This document shows positions 48,955 to 60,525 of a stretch of 64,000 bases of DNA, piece after piece; positions within the stretch are counted from its first letter, which is position 1, and each line of letters opens with the position of its first letter. Made by a program: the position numbers and the translations under genes. The notes beneath the pieces were generated by a model. The model was not told the origin of the DNA. It made no database searches and saw only the letters and a list, made by a program, of their open reading frames with translations. The stretch comes from an uncultured Desulfobacterales bacterium (lineage in GTDB: Bacteria > Desulfobacterota > Dissulfuribacteria > Dissulfuribacterales > JALVPX01), in the NCBI GenBank assembly GCA_964459155.1, contig CAYWKF010000013.1:8491-72490 (forward strand), given 5' to 3'.

Positions 48955-50115
48955 TTATAACACCTTTTCAGAGGATGGCTCATCCAGTTGATCCTCGTGA
49001 TGACCAGATGGCGGAATTATATGAATATCTCTCTGGGGGAAGGGTATCTCGATTCCATTTTCACTGAAGGCCTCAAAAATGGCGTGAAAGAGTTCATGCA
49101 TTGCTATCCCCTTGTCCCGCGGATCAGTAACCCAGCACAACAGCTCAAAATCTATGGAGGACTCTCCAAAAGCCCTGATACGCGCCCTCGGCTCTGGAGT
49201 GGCTGCAATACGCACATGTTTTTTGGCAACTGTCACCAAGGTCTTTTCTGCCAGCTTCAAGTCCGTACCGTAGGCCACGCCTACCGGCACCCTTATCCTG
49301 AACCGTGGTGCAGGTGCACTCTCATTTATGATCTTGGCATTGGCCAAAACTGAATTGGGTATGGTTATCAACACGTCATCCCTTGTCTTTATCCTGGTGG
49401 AACGAATACCTATATCAACGACCTCTCCGCGCTCGCCTGAGTCTAAGATAATATAATCCCTCATTTTGAAAGGCCTGTCCATGAAGATGGAAAGCCCCCC
49501 AAAAAAATTTGCCAGAGTATCTTTGGCTGCAAGGGCTACAGCAATACCTGCGACACCAGCCGAGGCAAATATAGGGGTGAGATTCACATTCCAAATGGAC
49601 AACAGCCACAAAAACCCCACCACCGTAACCACCACGTAAAGGAGGTTTTTAAGAAGCTGAAATAGATCCCTTCCTATCTTCTCTGTCTGGGGAAGCTTAG
49701 GCAGTATCTTTGAGGTAATAAGATTTACAAAGCGAAATGTGGTTATCCACCAAATGAGCAAAATAAGGCTCTTCAAGCCGTTTATCAAAATATTCTGCCA
49801 AAATTGAGGGATCTGGTAGATCACCACCACTGCATGTAGGCCCCCCATGAAAACTATGGTCCAAAAGAGCGGGCCGTGAATCAAATGGATAATCTGGTCG
49901 TCAAAGTGGTGTTTTGTAGCCTTGGCCAGACGTTTGAGCACCTTTTCTATAAAAAAATTGATGGCCTTTGCCACAATTATATACCCGATTATTATCAGAG
50001 CGGCCTTTATGATTGGATGTTTTTGCAGGATTGGAGAATATTTTGCTGCCAGCTTTTCCAAGCCTGGAATGGCCTCATATATTTTGAATTTTGTCAGAAA
50101 TGCATCAAAGTTCAT
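48955..50115 (-). CDS. MscS-family mechanosensitive channel
   Basis: 386 aa. N-terminal TM helices, then the MscS beta-domain pattern (GERGEVVDIGIRSTRIKTRDDVLITIPNS). Confidence 0.85.
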   Translation of the reverse strand: MNFDAFLTKFKIYEAIPGLEKLAAKYSPILQKHPIIKAALIIIGYIIVAKAINFFIEKVLKRLAKATKHHFDDQIIHLIHGPLFWTIVFMGGLHAVVVIYQIPQFWQNILINGLKSLILLIWWITTFRFVNLITSKILPKLPQTEKIGRDLFQLLKNLLYVVVTVVGFLWLLSIWNVNLTPIFASAGVAGIAVALAAKDTLANFFGGLSIFMDRPFKMRDYIILDSGERGEVVDIGIRSTRIKTRDDVLITIPNSVLANAKIINESAPAPRFRIRVPVGVAYGTDLKLAEKTLVTVAKKHVRIAATPEPRARIRAFGESSIDFELLCWVTDPRDKGIAMHELFHAIFEAFSENGIEIPFPQRDIHIIPPSGHHEDQLDEPSSEKVL

Positions 50116-50244
50116 GTTGACATCACCTTAGCCTCATATTATAGAAAAAGCCCGTTTTTGCGCCAAAAGGCCTTGGAGTGTTCAAAGCGTTTTGGACAAC
50201 CTGAATTCTGAAAAATTTAATATAAAACCAGGAGGAAGTACAAC

Positions 50245-50520
50245 TTGGCCAATCATAAATCAGCCCTCAAAAGGATGCGCCAGAACAAAAAGAGGCGCAT
50301 GAGAAATAGGATCAGAAAGACAAGAATCAAAAATCTAGTTAAGGCAGTGGAGGCTGCTGTGGCAGAAAAGGCAGTTGAAACAGCTGAAGAAAAACTTCGC
50401 CTTGCCCAAAAAGTGATTGACAAGACCTCTGCCAAGGGAACGCTGCATTGGCGAACTGCTGCCAGAAAGGTCGCCAGACTCAGCAAAAAGGTTGCAGCCC
50501 TAAAAAAGGCTGCATCATAA
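50245..50520 (+). CDS. rpsT: 30S ribosomal protein S20
   Basis: ANHKSALKRMRQNKKRR N-terminus. TTG start 6 nt after AGGAGGAAG. Confidence 0.9.
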   Translation: MANHKSALKRMRQNKKRRMRNRIRKTRIKNLVKAVEAAVAEKAVETAEEKLRLAQKVIDKTSAKGTLHWRTAARKVARLSKKVAALKKAAS

Positions 50521-50537
50521 TTTTTTGAACAGTTTGT

Positions 50538-51077
50538 TTAGAAAACTCCGCCAATACGGTGATATATCAGCTCAGCCACGTCTCGGCTGAGCTTTTTTAA
50601 TGCCTTGTTCTTCAAGGCCTCGGTCTCAGTGGCCTCTTTGCCAACCAGGAAACTTTCTTCCCTCACAATGTCAGCGGTGGTCCATATGATTTCGCCTGTG
50701 CGCCTATCCTTCAATGTTGCGGTGCATACCACATCTATTCGCCTCTCAATTGCTTGATCATGGCGTACGTAGGAAAGGCCACTGGTGGCCACCTCCTTTA
50801 CCTGACCTTCCAGGATGACGTCTGCATCTTCTTTGGCAGCCAATGACAGGCTGCTTCCCCTCAAGAACTCCTGACGAAGCTCATCAGTGATCCAAGCAGC
50901 CAAGAGCAGTTCATTGCTGCGGTTCTGCCACGGAACGATGTAAATGGATTTGATCCACGAGGGAAGTTCTGCAGACCGTTCTGCCCGGTGATATCCACAG
51001 GAGGCCACAACAAAACAAAAAATCAGGCACACTGTTGTAAAAAAAGCTTTCTTCTTAAACATGTGTACAATGTTCAT
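50538..51077 (-). CDS. lptE: LPS-assembly lipoprotein LptE
   Basis: Lipobox VVASCG, 179 aa, and the conserved position overlapping the leuS stop. Confidence 0.7.
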   Translation of the reverse strand: MNIVHMFKKKAFFTTVCLIFCFVVASCGYHRAERSAELPSWIKSIYIVPWQNRSNELLLAAWITDELRQEFLRGSSLSLAAKEDADVILEGQVKEVATSGLSYVRHDQAIERRIDVVCTATLKDRRTGEIIWTTADIVREESFLVGKEATETEALKNKALKKLSRDVAELIYHRIGGVF

Positions 51078-53590
51078 CGCGCCACTATGTTAAGCAGGCG
51101 GTTTGGCACGTGAATGATTTTCCGGATGGCCTTACCTTCAATATGCTTTTGTACCTTTGGTTCTTGCAAGGCAGCCTCTTTTACTTCCTCCTCTGTTGCA
51201 TTCTGGGGAACCGATACCTTGGCCCTTAATTTTCCATTCACCTGAACAATTATTTCCACCACATCCGGCCTTGCTATGGTAGCGTCCGCCTTTGGCCAGG
51301 ATATTGTGCACAAGCGCTGCTCGTTTCCAAGCATCTGCCACAATTCTTCGGTTATATGCGGAACCATTGGATTGAGCAATTTTATGATTGCCTCACATGC
51401 CTCCCGGATGACAAACCAACCTTGAAGGTCGCCCTTGGCAGGAGCGCCCTGTTTGCCTATGTAAGCCATCACTTCGTTGGTCAATTCCATCACAGCACTG
51501 ATGGCTGTGTTGAAATGAAACCGTTTGTCTATGTCATCGGTCACTTTTTGAATGGTTTGATGAGTCTTTTGGCGGATCAATTTCAAAGGCTCTGGCAGAT
51601 TCCTGGCAGCTTCTGATGCTCCCTTGGCCATGTCCACAGATCCCAGGCTTTCAAGATGATCTGAAACCAGACGCCAAACACGATGGAGGAAACGGTGCGC
51701 CCCTTCAACTCCTTGGTCGCTCCATTCCAGATCGCGCTCAGGCGGTGCGGCAAATAGTATGAAAAGCCTTACTGTATCGGCGCCATAACGTTCGATCATG
51801 GAGCTGGGGTCAACCACGTTTCCCTTCGATTTGGACATCTTGGAGCCGTCTTTGAGCACCATGCCCTGGGTTAAAAGATTCTCAAAGGGCTCATCAGCTG
51901 AAAGCCATCCAAGATCCCGCAGCACTTTGGTGAAGAAACGGGCATATAGCAGGTGCAGAATAGCGTGTTCAATGCCGCCTATATACTGATCCACGGGTAA
52001 CCATGCATCCACCTTTTCTTTGTCAAGGGGCTGGCTGGTCTCATTCGGACACGTATATCTAGCAAAATACCATGACGATTCCACAAAGGTATCCATGGTA
52101 TCGGTTTCCCGCCTGGCACCAGCACCACAAGAAGGGCAGGGCACAGAGTAGAAGCTCTCCAGCTCATGCAAGGGAGACCGGCCTTCCGGCCCAAGGTTCA
52201 CATCCGTGGGCAACACCACTGGAAGGTCTTCTTTCTTGACAGGCACGGTACCACACTTTTGGCAATGGACCATGGGAATCGGCGCCCCCCAGTACCTTTG
52301 ACGCGAAATTCCCCAATCCCTCAATCTATATGTGACCTTGGCCTTACCGATGCCCTTTTCCTCCAGATGGCCCACTATGGCTTTTTTGGCCTCTTCGTTG
52401 TCTAAACCATCAAATCCGTCGGAATTAACCAGTATGCCGGGCCCTTCCCATGCCTGTTCCATGGTTTCCGGTGAAAGCTCTTTTCCTTCAGGCTGAATCA
52501 CTACTTTTATTGGTATCTCATATTTTTTTGCAAACTCGAAATCACGCTGATCGTGGGCGGGCACAGCCATGACCGCACCAGTGCCATACTCCATCAATAC
52601 AAAGTTGGCCACGTAAATGGGTACCTTTTCTTTGGTCAAGGGATGTTCAGCATAGCGGCCTGTGAAAACCCCTTTCTTTTCTTGAGGCTCCTGTACTGAC
52701 CCAACTGCTGAGCGTTTCCATTCTTCTACAAATTTCTTGACTTCTTCCTCGTGGCTGGTGCCTTCAGCTAGTTTGAGCGCCAGTGGATGCTCTGGTGACA
52801 GACTCATGAATGTGACGCCAAAAAGGGTATCAGGCCTGGTGGTAAATATGAGAATGGTTTCATCCATGCCATCCACAGGAAAGGCTACTTCAGCCCCCTG
52901 GCTCTTTCCAATCCAGTGGCGCTGCATTGTAAGCACCTTTTCTGGCCATCCCTTCAACTTGTCGCACCATTCAAGCAACTCGTCTGCGTACTCGGTAATC
53001 TTGAAAAACCAGCCGGGCATCTCCTTTTCCACCACCTGGTTGTCGCAGCGCCAGCAGCAACCATCTTCAACTTGCTCATTGGCAAGCACTGTTTGGCAGC
53101 TTTCACACCAATTCACCTTGGTGGTCTTTCTGTAGGCCAAACCTTTTTCAAACATTTGAATGAAAAAAAGCTGTTCCCAGCCGTAATATTCTGGGTCGCA
53201 GGTAGCGATCTCACGCCTCCAATCATAGGAGAAGCCGAGCTGTTTTAACTGATTGCGCATGTAATCTATATTTTCGTAGGTCCATTTTGCCGGATGAGTG
53301 CCGTGTTTTATGGCAGCATTCTCAGCAGGCAGGCCAAAGGCGTCCCAACCCATGGGGTGAAGCACCTTGTAGCCCCGCATTCTTTTATAACGGGCCACCA
53401 CATCCCCAATGGAGTAATTGCGCACGTGGCCCATGTGTATCCGTCCAGAAGGATAGGGAAACATCTCCAGGACATAGTATTCGAGGCCGTCTGGCAAATC
53501 CTCCACTTGAAAGGCTAATTCAGATTCCCATATTTTCTGCCACTTTTCTTCAATCTTTTTGAAATCGTAAGAAGAACCCATTTCTCCCAC
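51074..53590 (-). CDS. leuS: leucyl-tRNA synthetase
   Basis: HMGH (class I HIGH) and KMSKS motifs; 838 aa. Confidence 0.95.
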   Translation of the reverse strand: MGEMGSSYDFKKIEEKWQKIWESELAFQVEDLPDGLEYYVLEMFPYPSGRIHMGHVRNYSIGDVVARYKRMRGYKVLHPMGWDAFGLPAENAAIKHGTHPAKWTYENIDYMRNQLKQLGFSYDWRREIATCDPEYYGWEQLFFIQMFEKGLAYRKTTKVNWCESCQTVLANEQVEDGCCWRCDNQVVEKEMPGWFFKITEYADELLEWCDKLKGWPEKVLTMQRHWIGKSQGAEVAFPVDGMDETILIFTTRPDTLFGVTFMSLSPEHPLALKLAEGTSHEEEVKKFVEEWKRSAVGSVQEPQEKKGVFTGRYAEHPLTKEKVPIYVANFVLMEYGTGAVMAVPAHDQRDFEFAKKYEIPIKVVIQPEGKELSPETMEQAWEGPGILVNSDGFDGLDNEEAKKAIVGHLEEKGIGKAKVTYRLRDWGISRQRYWGAPIPMVHCQKCGTVPVKKEDLPVVLPTDVNLGPEGRSPLHELESFYSVPCPSCGAGARRETDTMDTFVESSWYFARYTCPNETSQPLDKEKVDAWLPVDQYIGGIEHAILHLLYARFFTKVLRDLGWLSADEPFENLLTQGMVLKDGSKMSKSKGNVVDPSSMIERYGADTVRLFILFAAPPERDLEWSDQGVEGAHRFLHRVWRLVSDHLESLGSVDMAKGASEAARNLPEPLKLIRQKTHQTIQKVTDDIDKRFHFNTAISAVMELTNEVMAYIGKQGAPAKGDLQGWFVIREACEAIIKLLNPMVPHITEELWQMLGNEQRLCTISWPKADATIARPDVVEIIVQVNGKLRAKVSVPQNATEEEVKEAALQEPKVQKHIEGKAIRKIIHVPNRLLNIVAR

Positions 53591-53603
53591 TTTTCGAGAA
53601 GGC

Positions 53604-54059
53604 CTATGCTGCCTCCGCCTCCTTCTGTTTTTCCTTAATCATTGCCTTGTAAGCGGCATCCAACACCCCGTTAACAAAGCTGCTTGACTCATCACTGCCA
53701 AACTTCTTGGCCAATTCCACGGCTTCGTTTATAGCCACCTTTGCCGGAATATCTGGGCACTTGAGGAGTTCGTACAGGCCAAGTCTCAGTATATTCCTGT
53801 CCACGCTGGCAAGCCTGTTTAATTTCCACCCCTTCAAGAACTTTTGAATTATTTCGTCAAGCTCTTTTTTATGCTCAAGAACTCCCCTGAGCCGTTCCTT
53901 TGCAAACTTTATGGATGGATGGTTGTTTGAGATCTTTCCATGACCGAGGCCGTTGATATATTCCTCAAGGGCCTGTTCCACATCTTTAAAGGTTCCCCAT
54001 TCAGATTGATACAATATCTGAAGGGCAACTTCCCTGCCTTTAGAGCGTAAGTTTGGCAT
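53604..54059 (-). CDS. nusB: transcription antitermination factor NusB
   Basis: 151 aa with the [11 protein letters not shown]-terminal motif, downstream of ribH. Confidence 0.9.
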   Translation of the reverse strand: MPNLRSKGREVALQILYQSEWGTFKDVEQALEEYINGLGHGKISNNHPSIKFAKERLRGVLEHKKELDEIIQKFLKGWKLNRLASVDRNILRLGLYELLKCPDIPAKVAINEAVELAKKFGSDESSSFVNGVLDAAYKAMIKEKQKEAEAA

Positions 54060-54533
54060 TTAGGCTGCAGGAAGCTCCTTTAACAGATTGACCATCTCAA
54101 TGGCTGCCAAAGCGGCATCCCAACCCTTGTTGCCCGCCTTGGTCCCAGCCCTCTCAATGGCCTGTTCGATGGTTTCCGTGGTCAAAACACCAAAGGCCAC
54201 TGGGCAATCCGATTCAAGAGACACCATGGCGATACCCTTGGATGCCTCTGCTGCTACATAATCAAAATGGGGCGTAGCCCCTCTGATTATGCACCCCAGG
54301 CAGATAACTGCATCATATTTTTTGGATTGAGCCATGCGTTTGGCCACCAGTGGAATTTCAAAGGCACCAGGCACCCAGGCCACGTCCACGTCGTTTTCGT
54401 CCATGCCGTGGCGCACCAATGCATCCATGGTGCCCCCAAGGAGCTTGTTGGAAATGAATTCGTTAAATCGCCCTACAACGACCCCAATCTTAAGCCCGCT
54501 TGCATCCAGTTTTCCCTCTAAGATATTAGGCAT
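54060..54533 (-). CDS. ribH: 6,7-dimethyl-8-ribityllumazine synthase
   Basis: VVGRFNEFI and VPGAFEIP motifs. Confidence 0.95.
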   Translation of the reverse strand: MPNILEGKLDASGLKIGVVVGRFNEFISNKLLGGTMDALVRHGMDENDVDVAWVPGAFEIPLVAKRMAQSKKYDAVICLGCIIRGATPHFDYVAAEASKGIAMVSLESDCPVAFGVLTTETIEQAIERAGTKAGNKGWDAALAAIEMVNLLKELPAA

Positions 54534-55764
54534 GCTTTGCCTCCTCTCCCTGAATGTCTATGTTCAGCAAATGGCCCATCTTTTCCTGTTTGCACTTGAG
54601 ATAACGCAAATTTTCCTGATGAGGCGGAATTTCGATGGGCACCCTTTCAACCACCTCGAGGCCATAACCTTCAAGACCAACGATTTTTTTGGGATTATTG
54701 GTCATGAGGCGCATTTTCCTAACGCCCAGATCCCGCAAAATCTGCGCGCCTATGCCATAATCCCTGAGATCAGGCTTGAATCCGAGCCGCTTGTTGGCCT
54801 CCACTGTATCTGCCCCTTTGTCTTGCAGACAATATGCCTTCAACTTGTTTAACAGCCCTATCCCACGGCCTTCCTGACGCATGTACAACAAGACGCCGCG
54901 GCCTTCTTTTGCTATTTGATACATTGCACTGTGAAGCTGGGGACCACAATCACAACGCAGAGAACCCAGCGCATCTCCTGTAAGGCATTCTGAATGGACC
55001 CTCACCAAGACCTCTTCATCCTCCTTTATGGGCATGTCCCCAAGCACCAAGGCCAAATGTTCATTGGCGTCCATAATGGAGCTGTATGCCACCAATTTCC
55101 ACTCACCGCCAAACCTGGAGGGAAGCCTAGTCTCCACCTCCCGTTTTACAAAACTTTCATTTTTCAACCTGTAGGCAATGAGATCGGCAATGGTGATAAT
55201 CTTCAGGTCGTGCTCCCTGGCAAACTCTTCGAGATCTGGCATTCTGGCCATGGTGCCATCTTCTTTCATGATCTCACATATGACGCCGGCCGGTTTCAGT
55301 CCTGCAAGTCTGGCCAAGTCCACTGAACCTTCAGTCTGGCCTGCCCTTACGAGCACGCCCCCTTCCTTTGCCCTGAGGGGGAAGACGTGGCCTGGTGTGG
55401 CTATATCTTCTGGCCCTGCATTGTCTGCGATGGCAGTTAGTATGGTGTGAGCCCTGTCATGGGCAGAGATCCCAGTAGTAACCCCTTCTTTGGCCTCTAT
55501 GGAAACAGTGAAGGCTGTTCCGAATCTTGAAGTATTGCGGCTGGCCATCATGGGAAGCTGCAATTTGTCCACCAACTCTGGGGCCAGGGAAAGGCAAATC
55601 AACCCCCTGCCATATTTTGCCATGAAATTTATGGCCTCTGGCGTGACCTTTTCTGCAGCCATGGTAAGGTCGCCTTCGTTTTCCCTGTCTTCATCGTCAA
55701 CTAGGATTACCATCTTGCCAGCCCTGATATCTTCCAAGGCCGATTCTATCGTTGCAGTTGCCAT
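54526..55764 (-). CDS. ribBA: bifunctional DHBP synthase / GTP cyclohydrolase II
   Basis: RibB N-domain ([11 protein letters not shown]) and RibA C-domain ([18 protein letters not shown]). Confidence 0.95.
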   Translation of the reverse strand: MATATIESALEDIRAGKMVILVDDEDRENEGDLTMAAEKVTPEAINFMAKYGRGLICLSLAPELVDKLQLPMMASRNTSRFGTAFTVSIEAKEGVTTGISAHDRAHTILTAIADNAGPEDIATPGHVFPLRAKEGGVLVRAGQTEGSVDLARLAGLKPAGVICEIMKEDGTMARMPDLEEFAREHDLKIITIADLIAYRLKNESFVKREVETRLPSRFGGEWKLVAYSSIMDANEHLALVLGDMPIKEDEEVLVRVHSECLTGDALGSLRCDCGPQLHSAMYQIAKEGRGVLLYMRQEGRGIGLLNKLKAYCLQDKGADTVEANKRLGFKPDLRDYGIGAQILRDLGVRKMRLMTNNPKKIVGLEGYGLEVVERVPIEIPPHQENLRYLKCKQEKMGHLLNIDIQGEEAKHA

Positions 55765-55784
55765 CTCTTTACCCCTTGCAATTT

Positions 55785-56438
55785 TTATATGAAGCCGTGT
55801 TTGGCCAGGAACCGTGCATCTATCCGGCCATGCTGGCCTTCGCTGTTCCGGCCCGCAGTAAGCAACTTTTCAATATACTTCCCAATAACGTCGACCTCAA
55901 TGTTAACCTTGTCTCCGCCTTTTCTGAATCCCATGGTGGTCTGCTGGGCGGTGTGAGGAATAATAGCCACTGAAAAGCCGCCTCTCCAGCAAGAGTTTAC
56001 TGTAAGGCTGATTCCGTCTATTGCAATAGAGCCTTTTTCAATGATGTATTTGTCCAAGATATCGGGAATTGAAAAAGTAAATATCGTAAAGTCGCCTTCC
56101 CGCTGCACCTGTTTAACCCTACCTACAGTGTCGATGTGACCGCTTACAATATGGCCTCCTAAACGGTCAGAAGGCCGTACCGCCCTTTCCAGGTTGACCC
56201 TGGAGCCCTTTTGCAATTCACCCAGGGTGGTCCGGGACAATGTCTCTGGCGAAACATCAGCCGTGAATTGTTTTTCAGAAATAGCAGTGGCTGTGAGGCA
56301 CACCCCATTCACTGCAATGCTTTCTCCCACCTTGGGATCTTCCAAGGGAAAGTCGGGCCTTATGGAAAATTTGAGCCCTTTCCCATGGCTTACTACGCCT
56401 GCTATGCTTCCTAAACCTTCAACTATTCCAGTAAACAC
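55785..56438 (-). CDS. ribE: riboflavin synthase alpha chain
   Basis: (M)[10 protein letters not shown]-terminus. GTG at 56438 follows GGAGGA. The ORF opens at TTG 56459. Confidence 0.9.
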   Translation of the reverse strand: MFTGIVEGLGSIAGVVSHGKGLKFSIRPDFPLEDPKVGESIAVNGVCLTATAISEKQFTADVSPETLSRTTLGELQKGSRVNLERAVRPSDRLGGHIVSGHIDTVGRVKQVQREGDFTIFTFSIPDILDKYIIEKGSIAIDGISLTVNSCWRGGFSVAIIPHTAQQTTMGFRKGGDKVNIEVDVIGKYIEKLLTAGRNSEGQHGRIDARFLAKHGFI

Positions 56439-56440
56439 CT

Positions 56441-57586
56441 CTATTTTCCTCCAGTCCAAAGGGCCTGCAGGTCCGAAACAACCCCATGGACAAGAAAGTT
56501 GTCCTCAAGTTCTATTTTATCAAAATTTAACAGCCTAGGGGCGTTGTCCACCTTTTCTGCACCTTTTCCTCCTATGGCTACCTTTGATCCAGTTCCGCCA
56601 ATAACGATTGGGGCATAGAAGAAAAAGGCCTCGTCCACCAAACCCTTGTCCCAAAAGGCGCCATGTACCACGCTGCCTCCTTCGACCAGTACCGATTGCA
56701 TCCCAGCGTTGCCCATTCGTTTTAACAGGGCTGAAAGGTCCACTTTGCCAGATTCATCGGCCGGCAAGAGCCATATCTCTGCGCCTTTCTTTGTCAGCTC
56801 CTTGGCCTTTTCTCTGGTTTCCCTGCTCTCTACTGCTGCAACTATGGTTGGGGCTCCACTTTGCTGAGAGAAAACTTTCATGGTTTGCGGAATTGTCATG
56901 TTTGAATCTAGTATAATTCTGGCAGGATCCCGGCCCGGGCCATTTGGATGACGGCACGTCAAAGATGGATTGTCTGCCAGGACCGTATTCTTTCCAACCA
57001 AAATGGCGTCACTAATTTCCCTCAACCGGTGTCCAAAACGCCTAGCTCGTTCGTTTGTTATCCACTTGGAATGGCCGGTATACGTGGCAATCTTGCCGTC
57101 AAGGCTCATGGCAGCCTTGGATCGAACCCAAGGCGCCCCCCTGACCAGGTGTTTCACAAAAGGTGCAATAAGCAACCTGGCCTTTTGCTCCAAACAGCCT
57201 ATCTTCACCTCCAAGCCTTGGCTGGCGAGAAAAGCAGCGCCACCGCCTTCCACCCTCGGATTGGGATCACGGGTGCCGATTATTACCTCTTTGATGCCAG
57301 CCTCCAAAATTGCCTGCGTGCATGGTGGCGTGCGCCCGTGATGGTTGCAAGGTTCAAGGGTTACATAGATCTTCCCACCGGCGGCCTTGCCGCCCGCGTC
57401 TCTTATGGCGTGCACCTCGGCATGGGGTGTTCCAGCCTTTTGATGATAACCCTTGCCGACGACGGCTCCATCTTTCACCACTACAGCTCCAACGGCTGGG
57501 TTTGGAGTAGTGTAACCAAGACCTTTCTCTGCCAACCTCAAGGCAACCGCCATAAAATTCGTATCTTCTTTAGTCCATTCTGCCAT
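56441..57586 (-). CDS. ribD: bifunctional riboflavin deaminase/reductase
   Basis: CMP/dCMP deaminase zinc motif (HAEVHAI...PCNHHGRTPPC) plus a RibD_C reductase domain. Confidence 0.95.
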   Translation of the reverse strand: MAEWTKEDTNFMAVALRLAEKGLGYTTPNPAVGAVVVKDGAVVGKGYHQKAGTPHAEVHAIRDAGGKAAGGKIYVTLEPCNHHGRTPPCTQAILEAGIKEVIIGTRDPNPRVEGGGAAFLASQGLEVKIGCLEQKARLLIAPFVKHLVRGAPWVRSKAAMSLDGKIATYTGHSKWITNERARRFGHRLREISDAILVGKNTVLADNPSLTCRHPNGPGRDPARIILDSNMTIPQTMKVFSQQSGAPTIVAAVESRETREKAKELTKKGAEIWLLPADESGKVDLSALLKRMGNAGMQSVLVEGGSVVHGAFWDKGLVDEAFFFYAPIVIGGTGSKVAIGGKGAEKVDNAPRLLNFDKIELEDNFLVHGVVSDLQALWTGGK

Positions 57587-57587
57587 G

Positions 57588-58055
57588 TTATTTCGAACTG
57601 CCAGTCTCCTTGATCAATTCTTGAAGTTGTTCCATGAACTCCTGAAGATCCTTGAACTGTTTGTAAACAGACGCGAATCTCACATAGGCTACGTCATCCC
57701 ACTCTCTAAGCTGTTCCATGATGCGCTCGCCAATATATTTGCTGGGAAGCTCCCTTTCGCCCTTTTCTTGGATGTTTTTTTCAAGATTGGAAACGAATTC
57801 CTCTATCAAGTCGGCTCCGATAGGCCTTTTTTCACACGCCTTCCGAATGCCAGATATCACCTTCTGACGGTCAAAAGGCTCTCTCCGTCCATCTTTTTTC
57901 ACCACCATGGGCTGAAACTCTTCGATTCGCTCGTAGGTGGTGAACCTCTCTGAACACTTCAAACATTCCCGCCTGCGACGTATGGCTGTTCCATCTTTGG
58001 TGGTGCGTGAATCGATTACCTTGCTGTCTAATGATGAGCAGAATGGGCATTTCAT
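57588..58055 (-). CDS. nrdR: transcriptional repressor NrdR
   Basis: MKCPFC...zinc ribbon plus an ATP-cone. The ORF opens two codons earlier, at 58061. Confidence 0.9.
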   Translation of the reverse strand: MKCPFCSSLDSKVIDSRTTKDGTAIRRRRECLKCSERFTTYERIEEFQPMVVKKDGRREPFDRQKVISGIRKACEKRPIGADLIEEFVSNLEKNIQEKGERELPSKYIGERIMEQLREWDDVAYVRFASVYKQFKDLQEFMEQLQELIKETGSSK

Positions 58056-58124
58056 GCCCAAGTTTTAACAGGGATTGGAAATTTTTCCAAATTCAGATGA
58101 TCTAAAAAGTAAATTTAAAGGATG

Positions 58125-58736
58125 TTAGGACCCGTGTAATTTCAGCAAGGCCCTGGCTATTTCCCCACTAAGCTTGGAGAATGTTTTGTTCCATGCCTCT
58201 ATGAGAGAGTTATAGTCCTGCCCATGAACATCTTCTTCAAACCTCGATATATGATACTCCGCTGTCTTCTTGTCTTTACGCCCATAGATGGTCCAGCGAG
58301 CCTCAAGGCTCACCTTTTCACCCAGCCTGCCATCCATCTGAATGATTTCGATTTCTACCCTGTAATCCCAAGGCCTGCCTCTTTTGTGTTGGAGATAGTA
58401 AGCCACGCTATCGGTGTCCAGTAGCTTGGCAAGATCTTTTGCTACCACCAACCCTATGTTTTCTTCCAAAGACCCTGCCCATCTGTGATATTCTGAGAAA
58501 TGGAGCTGGTTTTGGCCGGTACGGGTAACGATATTTGGCCGTTCAAGATGTGTTGGAACTCTGACTGGCCCAACTACCACAGACTTTTCAAAGGGGCGTT
58601 CAGCCAAGGGTGCTTTGGCCTTGGAGTCCAGGATATAGAAACGAGACAAACTGCTTTTGGTGGAGCACCCCCATATCATCGACATGTAGGCAACTGCAAA
58701 ACCTGCCACTAAAAACAACCTCAAGGCGATTTTCAT
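58125..58736 (-). CDS. PqiC-like (DUF330) ABC-transport auxiliary lipoprotein
   Basis: Lipobox MIWGCS, 203 aa, overlaps the stop of the MCE gene. Confidence 0.6.
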   Translation of the reverse strand: MKIALRLFLVAGFAVAYMSMIWGCSTKSSLSRFYILDSKAKAPLAERPFEKSVVVGPVRVPTHLERPNIVTRTGQNQLHFSEYHRWAGSLEENIGLVVAKDLAKLLDTDSVAYYLQHKRGRPWDYRVEIEIIQMDGRLGEKVSLEARWTIYGRKDKKTAEYHISRFEEDVHGQDYNSLIEAWNKTFSKLSGEIARALLKLHGS

Positions 58737-59719
58737 TTCAACGTTTCCCCGCTTTTACCCTTTATGAGCGCTTCTGGATGACGTTCCAGATAGTCTGCCA
58801 AGAGCCTCAAATTTCTTGCAGCCTTGGAGATCTCGTCAAGAGTCCTCAGCAGTTGAGCCTGTAACACCGAATCTTCTCCCACGCCACTTTTGAAGGTGAG
58901 TATGGCTTCGTTGGCTATGCTTAATGTCCTGCGCACATCTCTAAGGGTGATCTCAATCTCTTCACCAGACTTCTTGACTGTTTCAGTCAAAATATTTTCC
59001 AAAGGAACCAGCCTACTGTCAATGTTTCTCACCAGCTTGGATACATCCTGCAGAACGCTGTTGATATTTACCAAGGTTTCCTCGGTATCCGGCCTTTCCA
59101 ATAGGGTGTTGAGGCTAGTGATCATATTCGTTAGCTGTACAAGAAGTTCTTTGATTGGAAGCTGCCTAATCTCATCGAATATCTTGAAGGCCATGTCTGA
59201 GGCTTCTTCAAATGGAGTAGGCACAGTGGGAATCTCAGGGACACCTTCCACCCTTCCGGCAAAGCGGGCTGGTTTGCCTTTGAAAAAATCCAGGGCCACA
59301 TAGAGCTTTCCGGTAACGATGCTTTGAAGACGCAACTGCCCTCTGAGCCCTTGCCGAACAAGCATCTTGAGCCGCGCCTCTTTGCCTTTGTCATCTATGC
59401 CAAAACCAGGGGTGGACTTGCGAAGTTTGGTTATTTTGTCTTGGTCTATCTCAATGTAGACAGGTATCCAAAACGTTATTCCTCCGTTTTCTTCGGCTGC
59501 CTCAATGTCGATATCCTTGACAGCACCAATTTTTACACCCTTCAAGGTCACAGGTGCCCCAACATCGAGTCCCTTGATCGAAGATTCAAAGAAGAGGACA
59601 AACATCTCTTTCTCACTGAAAAACTTCCCGGAACCCCAAATTATGGCCACCGAAGCCCCTAAAGCCAAGGCACCAAGCACAAAAGCACCTATAAAGACTT
59701 TGCTGCTCTTTGCCGCCAT
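58733..59719 (-). CDS. MlaD/MCE-domain protein
   Basis: N-terminal TM helix, one MCE domain (GLDVGAPVTLKGVKIGAVKDI) and a helical C-terminal region. Confidence 0.8.
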   Translation of the reverse strand: MAAKSSKVFIGAFVLGALALGASVAIIWGSGKFFSEKEMFVLFFESSIKGLDVGAPVTLKGVKIGAVKDIDIEAAEENGGITFWIPVYIEIDQDKITKLRKSTPGFGIDDKGKEARLKMLVRQGLRGQLRLQSIVTGKLYVALDFFKGKPARFAGRVEGVPEIPTVPTPFEEASDMAFKIFDEIRQLPIKELLVQLTNMITSLNTLLERPDTEETLVNINSVLQDVSKLVRNIDSRLVPLENILTETVKKSGEEIEITLRDVRRTLSIANEAILTFKSGVGEDSVLQAQLLRTLDEISKAARNLRLLADYLERHPEALIKGKSGETLK

Positions 59720-59763
59720 CTAAAAACTCTCCTTATTCCATAGACCAGTGCTGATCATACATT

Positions 59764-60525
59764 TCACCCCTCTCCCCTTGTCAAAAAGGTTTTTACCTTG
59801 GGATGAAGATCTTCCCGCTTCAATAGCTCCGCTGGGGGACCTTGGGCTATCATGGTGCGGGACTCAGCATCCAAAAAAACCGAATTTGTGCCAACAGAAA
59901 AAATGCTGGGTAATTCGTGGGTAACCAATACTATTGTGGCTCCCAAACTGTCTCTCAGCTCCATGATCAACTCGTCCATCCGTTTTGAGCTGATCGGGTC
60001 GAGACCTGCAGACGGCTCATCAAAAAACAAGATCTCCGGATCCAGGGCCATGGCTCTAGCTATACCAGCACGTTTTCTCATCCCTCCACTTATTTCAGAA
60101 GGGTAAAAATCCTCAAAGCCAGCCAGGCCTACCAGCGCCAGTTTAAACCGGACAAGTTCCTCGACTTGTTCAGGCGGAAGATCCAAATATTGTTCGATGG
60201 GCACGGCCACATTTTCTCCCAGGGTCATGGAGCTCCACAAGGCACCTCGCTGGTACATAACCCCGAAACGGTGCATATATGCCTGCCTTTGGGAGTGGGA
60301 GAGATCCCAGAAGCTCGTGTCTCCATAAAAAATTTTCCCTTCCCTGGGAGACTTCAAGCCTATCATGTGTTTCAGCAAAGTGGACTTGCCGCAGCCGCTG
60401 TCACCCATGATAACAAAGATGTCCCCTTTGTTTATATTGAAAGTCAAGTTTCTCTGTATCACAAAGTCGCCGTAGGCCATGGTGAGATTTTCAACTCTCA
60501 TATGGACACGCTTATCATCAGACAT
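59764..60525 (-). CDS. ABC transporter ATP-binding protein (MlaF-like)
   Basis: Walker A GDSGCGKST, signature ISGGMRKR, Walker B ILFFDEP. Confidence 0.9.
   Translation of the reverse strand: MSDDKRVHMRVENLTMAYGDFVIQRNLTFNINKGDIFVIMGDSGCGKSTLLKHMIGLKSPREGKIFYGDTSFWDLSHSQRQAYMHRFGVMYQRGALWSSMTLGENVAVPIEQYLDLPPEQVEELVRFKLALVGLAGFEDFYPSEISGGMRKRAGIARAMALDPEILFFDEPSAGLDPISSKRMDELIMELRDSLGATIVLVTHELPSIFSVGTNSVFLDAESRTMIAQGPPAELLKREDLHPKVKTFLTRGEG

Noticed and set aside
57586-58124. FMN riboswitch upstream of the riboflavin operon
   Set aside because: ribD starts 1 nt after nrdR, and the only upstream gap is 63 nt. There is no room for an FMN (RFN) element of about 130 nt or more.
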